Assembly: GCA_963624265.1 (NCBI GenBank) | Contig: CAVFPF010000025.1 | Coordinates: 2,075 to 66,074 of the forward strand | From: a bacterium | GTDB lineage: Bacteria > Bacteroidota > Bacteroidia > Bacteroidales > UBA3663 | DNA length: 64,000 nucleotides | Reading direction: 5' to 3' | Shown: positions 41,308 through 48,793 of the stretch, one piece after another | Position numbering within the stretch: the first letter of the stretch is position 1 | How the letters are laid out: every line of letters starts with the position of its first letter | Notes under the pieces: generated by a model | The model's database searches: none | What the model was told of the DNA's origin: nothing | Seen by the model: the letters and a program-made list of their open reading frames with translations, nothing else | Program-made: the position numbers and the translations under genes

Positions 41308-41943
41308 GTGTTCACCGGAATCATCGAAGAAACGGGCCGCGTCAAAGCCCTGCACCGGGGCGCCAAGAGTTTTACGCTCGAGGTCGAAGCCAGCCTCGTC
41401 ACCGAGGGCACGCAGGTGGGCGACAGCATTGCCACCAACGGCGTCTGCCTCACCGTCACCTCGCTGACGGCGCACGGCTTTACGGCCGACGTGATGCCCG
41501 AGACCGTCTCCCGCACGGCGTTGGGCGAGCTCAAGCCGGGCAGTCCCGTCAACCTCGAGCGGGCCTTGTCGCTGCAGTCGCGCTTGGGCGGACACATCGT
41601 CTCCGGTCACGTCGACGGCGTAGGGCGCATCGCCGACCGCCGGCAAGACGACACGGCCCTGTGGCTCACCGTCGAGTGCGACTCGCGCCTGCTCCGCTAT
41701 GTTGTCGAGAAAGGCAGCATCACTGTGCAGGGCGTCTCGCTCACCGTGGCCCGCGTCGACAGTCGCTCGTTTGCGGTTTCGCTGATTCCTCACACCCAGC
41801 ACGCCACCACCCTTCACCAGGCCCGCGTCGGCGACGCCGTCAATCTGGAGAACGACATCATCGCCAAATATGTCGAGAAGTTGTCAGGCTCTGCCTCCGA
41901 TGGTGACAGCCTGACAGACAAACTGCAGAAATACGGATTCTGA
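41308..41943 (+). CDS. ribE: Riboflavin synthase (alpha chain)
   Basis: Canonical N-terminus MFTGIIEETG with a GTG start. There is an internal duplication (GDSIATNGVCLTV / GSITVQGVSLTV). Confidence 0.92.
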   Translation: MFTGIIEETGRVKALHRGAKSFTLEVEASLVTEGTQVGDSIATNGVCLTVTSLTAHGFTADVMPETVSRTALGELKPGSPVNLERALSLQSRLGGHIVSGHVDGVGRIADRRQDDTALWLTVECDSRLLRYVVEKGSITVQGVSLTVARVDSRSFAVSLIPHTQHATTLHQARVGDAVNLENDIIAKYVEKLSGSASDGDSLTDKLQKYGF

Positions 41944-41955
41944 AACTGAGAAGGT

Positions 41956-43248
41956 ATGGATTCTGAAAACAAGGAAAAATTCAATACGATAGAACAGGCC
42001 ATCGAGGCCATCCGCAAGGGCCAGTGCATTCTGGTGCTCGACGACCCCAATCGTGAGAACGAGGGCGACCTGATTTGTGCAGCGGAGTTTGCCACGACCG
42101 AAAACGTCAATTTGATGGCGTCGGAAGCCAAAGGCCTCATCTGCATGCCCATGAGCCGGCAGATGTGCGAAAAGCTCAACCTGCCCCAGATGTGCGCCAA
42201 CAACAGCGACAACCACCTGACGGCCTTCACCGTCAGCATCGACCACATCTCGACCACCACGGGCATCTCGGCTGTGGAGCGCGGCGTCACGGCGCGCGCC
42301 ACCGTGGCCGACGACACCAAACCGACCGACTTCCGCCGTCCTGGCCACATGTTCCCGCTGCAGGCTCGTGAGGGCGGCGTTCTGGTCCGCTCTGGACATA
42401 CCGAGGCCACCGTCGACCTCTGTCGGCTGGCTGGACTCAAGGAGTGCGGTCTCTGCTGCGAGATTATGCGCGATGACGGCACGATGATGCGCACGGCCGA
42501 ACTGCTCGAGTTTGCCGGGAAGCACCACCTCGTCATCATCACCATCGCCGACCTCATCGCCTACCGTCGGCGCACCGAGAAACTTGTCGACCAGGTCACT
42601 GCCGCAGCACTGCCCACCAAGTACGGCACGTTCCGAGCCTACGGATACGTCAACCGCGTGACCGGCGAACATCATGTGGCGCTGGTCAAAGGCGACGTGA
42701 CGACCCCCGAACCCGTCCTCTGCCGCGTCCACTCGGAGTGCCTCACGGGCGACGCCTTCGGAAGCCTGCGCTGCGACTGCGGTGAACAGCTGGCCGAGGC
42801 GCTGCGCCGCATCGAGAAGAAAGGTCGCGGCGTGCTCCTCTACCTGCGCCAGGAGGGCCGTGGCATCGGTCTGATCAACAAACTGCGGGCCTACAAACTT
42901 CAGGACGAGGGCATGGACACCGTCGAGGCCAACCTGGCCCTGGGCTTCGCCGTCGACCTCCGCGAGTACGGTACCGGCGCCTCCATCCTGGCCGACCTGG
43001 GCATTCGCCAGCTTATCCTTATGACCAACAACCCCGCCAAAATCGATGGTCTCGACGGCTTTGGTCTGAAGGTGGTGGGCCGCGAACCCATCGAGATGAC
43101 CTGCAACGAGAAGGACGAGTTCTATATGTACACCAAATACGTCAAGATGGGTCACCTGCTCCACGTCAAGGACCTTCAGAAAAAATATAAGGACCACAAC
43201 TCCAACGACAATAACAAACCAAACGATAACGACAATGAAAAGAATTGA
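41956..43248 (+). CDS. ribBA: Bifunctional 3,4-dihydroxy-2-butanone-4-phosphate synthase / GTP cyclohydrolase II
   Basis: DRENEGDL and RSGHTEA (DHBPS). [19 protein letters not shown] (GCHII zinc site). An Asn/Asp/Lys-rich tail of about 25 aa follows. Confidence 0.93.
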   Translation: MDSENKEKFNTIEQAIEAIRKGQCILVLDDPNRENEGDLICAAEFATTENVNLMASEAKGLICMPMSRQMCEKLNLPQMCANNSDNHLTAFTVSIDHISTTTGISAVERGVTARATVADDTKPTDFRRPGHMFPLQAREGGVLVRSGHTEATVDLCRLAGLKECGLCCEIMRDDGTMMRTAELLEFAGKHHLVIITIADLIAYRRRTEKLVDQVTAAALPTKYGTFRAYGYVNRVTGEHHVALVKGDVTTPEPVLCRVHSECLTGDAFGSLRCDCGEQLAEALRRIEKKGRGVLLYLRQEGRGIGLINKLRAYKLQDEGMDTVEANLALGFAVDLREYGTGASILADLGIRQLILMTNNPAKIDGLDGFGLKVVGREPIEMTCNEKDEFYMYTKYVKMGHLLHVKDLQKKYKDHNSNDNNKPNDNDNEKN

Positions 43249-43696
43249 AGGCAACTTGTCGGCCACAGGCCAGAAGATAGGTATCGTGGCTTCGCGTTTT
43301 AACGATTTCATCGTGAGCCGTCTCATCGACGGAGCCGAAGACTGCTTCGTGCGCCATGGCGGCAACACCGCCGACCTCACCCTGGTCTTCGTGCCCGGTG
43401 CATTCGAGATTCCGTTGGTCGCTCAGAAGATGGCCGAGTCGGGCGACTACGACGCCGTAGTCTGCCTCGGAGCCGTCATCCGCGGCGCTACCCCTCACTT
43501 CGACATGGTGGCCAACGAGTCGGCCAAAGGCATTGCCACAGCTGGTCTGAAGACGGGCGTGCCTGTCACCAACGGCATCCTCACCACCGACAGCATCGAA
43601 CAGGCCGTCGAACGCGCTGGAACGAAAGCCGGCAACAAGGGCGCCGATGCCATGATTTCGGCCATCGAGATGGTCAACGTCATCAAGGGTCTCTGA
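43235..43696 (+). CDS. ribH: 6,7-dimethyl-8-ribityllumazine synthase
   Basis: [36 protein letters not shown]. It overlaps ribBA by 14 nt. Confidence 0.93.
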   Translation: MKRIEGNLSATGQKIGIVASRFNDFIVSRLIDGAEDCFVRHGGNTADLTLVFVPGAFEIPLVAQKMAESGDYDAVVCLGAVIRGATPHFDMVANESAKGIATAGLKTGVPVTNGILTTDSIEQAVERAGTKAGNKGADAMISAIEMVNVIKGL

Positions 43697-43701
43697 CGGC
43701 C

Positions 43702-44094
43702 ATGAACCCCGCTGAAGCACAGACTCTGACGGGTCGGGTGGTGCACGGGCGGCAACTCGGGCGGCAACTCGGTTATCCCACCGCCAATCTCGCGCCCGCG
43801 CCTCACCTCCCGCTGCCCGCCTGTGGCGTCTATGCCGCCTGGGCCACTCTAGCCGATGGCCGCACCTTTCCCGCTATGGTCAATGTCGGGGTGCGTCCCA
43901 CGGTGGGCGCGGGACAGTGCCCCACAGTCGAAGCTCACCTCATCGGCTTTCACGGCGACCTCTATGGTCAGTCGCTGCAGCTCTCCTTCGTCTGCCGCAT
44001 CCGCGACGAGCGCAAGATGCTCAACCTCGACGACCTCAAGAGGCAATTAGACAAGGACCTCGACCAAATCCGGCTGCTGTTCGCCACGCCCTGA
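43702..44094 (+). CDS. Stand-alone riboflavin kinase (equivalent to the RibF C-terminal domain only)
   Basis: GRVVHGRQLGRQLGYPTANL, GVYA...VNVGVRPT and VEAHLIGFHGDLYG are RFK-domain motifs. There is no FAD-synthetase domain and the protein is 130 aa. Confidence 0.85.
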   Translation: MNPAEAQTLTGRVVHGRQLGRQLGYPTANLAPAPHLPLPACGVYAAWATLADGRTFPAMVNVGVRPTVGAGQCPTVEAHLIGFHGDLYGQSLQLSFVCRIRDERKMLNLDDLKRQLDKDLDQIRLLFATP

Positions 44095-44218
44095 CGGTCG
44101 TCTCTGCGCTTAATTTTTGTGCGCACGAAAAACGCACCTTTGCCCGCAAAGTCTGCCACTTTACGCTCTTACGCTTGAATCGATACATTTCTACTCTTAA
44201 ATCATAAATCACAGCAAT

Positions 44219-44911
44219 ATGAAAACGCTTTTTGCCCTTACTTCCGTCCTGCTCCTCTCTTTCACATCCCTGCAGGCCGAAACCCGTGTCACCATCTTCG
44301 GCGACAGTTATTCTACGTTCGAAGGCTGGCTCACCCCTGCCGACAACGAGCCCTGGTACTGGTCTGAAAATTCGCCCCATAAGGTCAAGGGCAACGATGT
44401 GACCCGTGTCGAGCAGACCTGGTGGTGGCAAGTCATCGACCAAATGGGCTGGACGCTCGAGCGCAACAACTCCTACTCCGGCAGCACGGTGGGCTACTTC
44501 GGCTACCAGAACGAGAACTACAAGGCCCGGTCGTTCAACACGCGCGTCGCCGAACTCGGCGAGCCCGACATCATCCTCTCCTGCTGCATCACCAACGACT
44601 CGTGGACGGGCGAGAAACTCGGTTCGTACAAGTACGCCAACTGGACCGAAGCCGACTTCTGGTACTTCCGTCCGGCCATGGCGCGGCTCTGTTCGGTCAT
44701 GAAGCAGAACTATCCGCTCGCCAAGATTTACATCATCCTCAACACCGAACTCAAGCCTGAGTTTGTCGAGTCGCTCCACGTCATCTGCCGCCACTACGGA
44801 CTGCCCGTCATCACGCTCCACGATATCGACAAGCAGGTCGGTCACCCCTCGCAAGCCGGTCATAAAGCCATTGCCGAGCAAGTCATCCAATATATCAAAA
44901 ACGAAAAATAA
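44219..44911 (+). CDS. Secreted SGNH/GDSL-family hydrolase (esterase)
   Basis: Signal peptide, block I TIFGDSYS, block III ITNDSW, block V GHPSQAGHKAIA. Confidence 0.75.
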   Translation: MKTLFALTSVLLLSFTSLQAETRVTIFGDSYSTFEGWLTPADNEPWYWSENSPHKVKGNDVTRVEQTWWWQVIDQMGWTLERNNSYSGSTVGYFGYQNENYKARSFNTRVAELGEPDIILSCCITNDSWTGEKLGSYKYANWTEADFWYFRPAMARLCSVMKQNYPLAKIYIILNTELKPEFVESLHVICRHYGLPVITLHDIDKQVGHPSQAGHKAIAEQVIQYIKNEK

Positions 44912-44934
44912 CCCTTTCCAAAACATTCCCGTCC

Positions 44935-46383
44935 ATGAAAAGAATCTTCTTGCTTATATCTTTGCTGTCGGTGTGCGCAGCCGTTCAGGCCGCCCTGCGT
45001 CTTCCCGCCCTCATCGGCGACCACATGGTGCTGCAGCAGCAGTCGCAAGCCCGCCTCTGGGGGTGGGCGAGTCCCGGCAGCTCCGTTCGTCTGACGGTAT
45101 CGTGGTCCGACGACACCTACAGCTGCAAGGCCGACCGCGACGGTTGCTGGCAGCTCAGCGTCTTCACGCCCTCGGCTTCGTTCGAAGCGCAGACCCTCGT
45201 CTTCTCTGAGGAGGGTGCCGACAGCATCCGGGTGTCTGATGTCCTTATCGGCGAGGTGTGGCTGGCTTCGGGTCAGTCGAATATGGAAATGCCGCTCCGA
45301 GGCTTCTCGGGCTGCTGCATTGAGAATGGCACGACTGATGCCATCAACGCCTACCGCGACTATCCCGGCGTGCGCATGATGGTCGTCAAGCTCGACCAGA
45401 AGAGCGAGGTGCAGACCGACTGCACGGGCCAGTGGACCGACGGCAAGTTCCCCAACCCCATGTCGTGGAGCGCCACGGCGTTCTATTTTGCCTCTACCTT
45501 GAGTCAGGCCCTGCAGGTGCCCGTCGGCATCGTCAACAGCAGCTACGGCGGCGCCACCGTCGAGAGTTGGTGCAGCAAGGAGCTTCTCGACACCTATCCC
45601 GACATCGACACCAACCTCGAGCACATTTGGGCGAGCCAGCCTCACTACACCCGGCCGCTGCTCATGTACAACGCCATGTTCGCGCCCGTGCGCCACTACA
45701 CCTACCGCGGCATCATCTGGTACCAAGGCTGCAGCAACGTCGGCGTAGGGCCTTCGAGCGACCAGTACGCCCAGCGCCTGGCCGATATGGTCAAGTTGTG
45801 GCGCGAGCAAATCGGACTGGGCGACATACCCTTCCACTACGTCGAGATTGCGCCCTACCATTACGACGGCATACAGCAGGACCGTGCCCCCTTCCTGCGC
45901 GAACAGCAGTATAAGGCGCAGAGCCTCATCCCCAACAGCTTCATGATCTCGACCAACGACCTCGTCGAGCCCTACGAACTGCACAACATCCACCCCAAGC
46001 AAAAGAAGGCCGTCGGCCAGCGCCTTTGCTACAGTGCGCTCAACCGCGTGTACGGCATGAGCGATATCTGCTGCTCCGGACCGCGCTACAAAGACATGAC
46101 CGTCTCGGGCGACACCTGCTTCATCGGTTTCACTGACCTACAGATGGGCATCTGCCGCAACTGCGACATCCGTGGCTTCGAGGTGGCCGGCGACGACCGC
46201 GTCTTCTATCCCGCCGACGAGACCTCGCTGCGCTGGCAGACCAATCACATCACGGTCCGCTCGTCAAGGGTGCCGCACCCCGTCGCCGTCCGCTACTGCT
46301 TCCGCGACTTCCAGCCGGGCACGCTCATCGGTGGCAACGAACTTTGTGCCTACCCCTTCCGCACTGACAGCTGGGACAAATAG
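44935..46383 (+). CDS. Sialate O-acetylesterase-family (DUF303/SGNH) carbohydrate esterase
   Basis: Signal peptide. GEVWLASGQSNMEMPL and GIIWYQG motifs are typical of 9-O-acetylesterase-like proteins. Confidence 0.8.
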   Translation: MKRIFLLISLLSVCAAVQAALRLPALIGDHMVLQQQSQARLWGWASPGSSVRLTVSWSDDTYSCKADRDGCWQLSVFTPSASFEAQTLVFSEEGADSIRVSDVLIGEVWLASGQSNMEMPLRGFSGCCIENGTTDAINAYRDYPGVRMMVVKLDQKSEVQTDCTGQWTDGKFPNPMSWSATAFYFASTLSQALQVPVGIVNSSYGGATVESWCSKELLDTYPDIDTNLEHIWASQPHYTRPLLMYNAMFAPVRHYTYRGIIWYQGCSNVGVGPSSDQYAQRLADMVKLWREQIGLGDIPFHYVEIAPYHYDGIQQDRAPFLREQQYKAQSLIPNSFMISTNDLVEPYELHNIHPKQKKAVGQRLCYSALNRVYGMSDICCSGPRYKDMTVSGDTCFIGFTDLQMGICRNCDIRGFEVAGDDRVFYPADETSLRWQTNHITVRSSRVPHPVAVRYCFRDFQPGTLIGGNELCAYPFRTDSWDK

Positions 46384-46439
46384 GCCACTCTCGGGCTATA
46401 ACGCCCCCTGTTAAGTTTGCCCGATAGCAATAACATATC

Positions 46440-46477
46440 AACGCACCCGTATTCCGTGATTGGAATACGGGTGCGTT
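46440..46477. terminator. Hairpin terminator between convergent genes
   Basis: Perfect 16-bp stem AACGCACCCGTATTCC / GGAATACGGGTGCGTT with a 6-nt loop. The flanking U-tract is weak. Confidence 0.55.
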
Positions 46478-46536
46478 TCATATTGTTGTCGGGGCGTAAC
46501 CGCGCTCTGCTCCAGTCTCTTTTATTGGAGCGTGTG

Positions 46537-48747
46537 TCACTCATCCGTGTGCTCAGAGGTCGTCACTCCTGCGAGCGAACCCCTGTCGGTAGCGTTGCCA
46601 ATCCACTTGGACGGTGTCCCGTTGTTGGTACAGCAATTGTAGATTTTGCCGACCTCTTTCTCTGTTGTATTGTTAAATCCGGCAATGCCACCTTGCGAGC
46701 CAGCGCTCTGTGCGCTGCCATTAGCTCCGTTCGTACACTTGTGTACCGTTCCGTTGTTTTGGTTATAGCCTACAATACCTCCAGCGGCAGCATAATCTGC
46801 ATTCTGAGTATTCACCGCCGAGACAACACCGTTGTTTGTGCTGGAGATAATCTGTCCACCGTTATTTTGACCAGTAATGCCACCAGCCTTGGCATATTCC
46901 GTTGCATTAGCAACATTTGCGACTACTTCGGCATAGTTGAAGGATTCGCTAACCTTTCCTGATTTTGTCAAATATCCTACAATGCCACCTGCCATTGAAG
47001 TAGAATCCGATTCCTCTATTGTTACGTTACCATAGTTGTAACACTCGGAAGCAGTTGATTTTCCTGAAGAAAGATTTCCCACGATACCTCCAACACATAA
47101 ATTTCCTCCTTTACACCGCAAGCTTTGGTTATTCTCAGAATTTCGGATGACAGCTTTAGAATATCCGGTAATACCACCCATTATGACCGTTGACGACGAA
47201 GAATTCATGTTTTCTCCTTTAATCACACCTTGGTTCTGACAATCTTCAATGGTTGTTGTAGTATCACAATATCCAGTAATGCCACCGACATAGAGAGAAA
47301 TTGACTTACCCTTTGCCGCTGTGTTCACAACCGAAATCGAAGCATAGTTACGGCAACCTTTTATTGTTCCACGGTTCATACCAGCCACGCCAGCTATACT
47401 GATAGCCGTTTGGGGGTCTCCATTGTAATCTATTGAACCGCTCACAACAACATTCTCGATTGTTCCACTATTGTCACCGAACAATCCCAATACATTCCCG
47501 CCAGCACGTATGATAGGTGTCAGTCCGTTCACCGTATGGTTCCCACCATTGAACGAGCCTTTAAAAGAGGTCTCCTTATTATACGCTATAGGAGTCCAGT
47601 CTTCGTCGTTCAAATCGATATCTGAAAGCAAGTTCACTGTTTTTCCTTCGAAGCTATTGCCATCGTTTACCAATTCAGAGAATCCGGCCAATTCTTCGGC
47701 TGTGGAGATGTTGAAACTATCCTTTGACTCACTATACCAATCGAAATTAGTTGTGAATCCGTCCCAGATAGACGCTTCTATGTTACTGCTGCCAGACTGG
47801 ACAAGGTCACTTTCTTCTTTGTCCACCCATTCTGTAATGGTGCCGGTCAGACTCGTCACTGAGTAGTAGTCTCGATTCAATTCAATATTGTATGTGTACT
47901 TGTAGGACGCTTCCCATTTTGTTTCGTTTGTCGCAGCACCTGTATTTTCGATTCCGGTTGCTATTGTAGAGCTACCTATTATATAAGTATAAGTACGTCG
48001 ATTTGCCAGCACAACCTTAACCTTTTTGTCCTTGCACGTCTGTGGCAACAAGATGGCTTCGGCCTGCGTTCCGGCGGCATTCGTATTTGCCGTAATGGTT
48101 TTGTTGGAGTTGCTTGTCAAGTTCAGCGCATCGGTGAAGATATCCAGTGTGGCCGAAGACGCAACATCCTCGACGGAAAGTTTCAATCCGTTCAGATCTG
48201 CGTCTGTCAATCCCTTTCCTGCCGTTATTTTGAACACTATTTTGGACAAACGGTGCGTAAATTGTAGCGTCTGCAGCGTCTCGCCTTTTTCTATATTTTT
48301 GAGATTGTTGCTGTAGAGTAAATCGATGGACGACGGGTCGGCCTGTATGGAAACATCCAATTTCAATTTGTAGTCTTCAACGGCATGATAGGGATAATAT
48401 GCAACAAAGTCTACATTTCCCACCTGCGGATAATATAGGGCATCATTTTCCGTATAAGGACCGAAAATGTTCTCGCCCGAAACCGAAGAGTAGATGTACT
48501 TGCGGTTGTCAGAGTTGTCGATGGCGGCTGAGGCGACATCTGTCTGTCCTGTTTTGAACATAAACACGCCGATTCGGTCGTTCGTTTCCCAGGTGTTGTC
48601 GACCATTCTGGTTTGTATTTCACCAGAGAAGCAGACAGGGAATCTCTGGTCTTCACTGATTTCAATCGAATAGGTTGCCTGTCGGCATCCGGTTAGGCAA
48701 ACGCTAAGTAATGCGGCTAGAAACGAGATTTTTGTAATGTTCCTCAT
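46537..48747 (-). CDS. Fimbrillin-family lipoprotein with a C-terminal GLUG-motif beta-helix repeat region (adhesin-like)
   Basis: Start at MRNITKISFLAALLSVCLTGC (lipobox). The N-terminal half has fimbrillin-like blocks (DLLYSNN, FTHRLSKIVFKI). The C-terminal half has at least seven GG(I)xG repeats (GGITG, GGIVG, GGIAG). By hand count on one line, GC is about 42%, versus 60-68% for neighbouring genes. Confidence 0.7.
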   Translation of the reverse strand: MRNITKISFLAALLSVCLTGCRQATYSIEISEDQRFPVCFSGEIQTRMVDNTWETNDRIGVFMFKTGQTDVASAAIDNSDNRKYIYSSVSGENIFGPYTENDALYYPQVGNVDFVAYYPYHAVEDYKLKLDVSIQADPSSIDLLYSNNLKNIEKGETLQTLQFTHRLSKIVFKITAGKGLTDADLNGLKLSVEDVASSATLDIFTDALNLTSNSNKTITANTNAAGTQAEAILLPQTCKDKKVKVVLANRRTYTYIIGSSTIATGIENTGAATNETKWEASYKYTYNIELNRDYYSVTSLTGTITEWVDKEESDLVQSGSSNIEASIWDGFTTNFDWYSESKDSFNISTAEELAGFSELVNDGNSFEGKTVNLLSDIDLNDEDWTPIAYNKETSFKGSFNGGNHTVNGLTPIIRAGGNVLGLFGDNSGTIENVVVSGSIDYNGDPQTAISIAGVAGMNRGTIKGCRNYASISVVNTAAKGKSISLYVGGITGYCDTTTTIEDCQNQGVIKGENMNSSSSTVIMGGITGYSKAVIRNSENNQSLRCKGGNLCVGGIVGNLSSGKSTASECYNYGNVTIEESDSTSMAGGIVGYLTKSGKVSESFNYAEVVANVANATEYAKAGGITGQNNGGQIISSTNNGVVSAVNTQNADYAAAGGIVGYNQNNGTVHKCTNGANGSAQSAGSQGGIAGFNNTTEKEVGKIYNCCTNNGTPSKWIGNATDRGSLAGVTTSEHTDE

Positions 48748-48793
48748 TTTATAAGAGATTGATTTTAAATTATACATTCTCCCCATCGCTATG

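Noticed and set aside
43745-43770. A 12-bp DNA duplication (gggcggcaactc x2) giving GRQLGRQLG in the riboflavin kinase. I first suspected an in-frame insertion in the active-site loop.
   Set aside because: Aligned from memory against RibF (GRVVHGDELGRTIGFPTANV), the segment has exactly the consensus length. It is a coincidental repeat, not an insertion.
40185-46383. The idea that the rib operon and esterase genes form a high-GC horizontally acquired island.
   Set aside because: Hand counts give about 65-68% GC here, but the GH2, GH3 and GH31 genes are also about 62%. The leu operon is 50-58%. The spread within core genes is too wide for GC alone to support lateral transfer. A computed genome-wide baseline would be needed.
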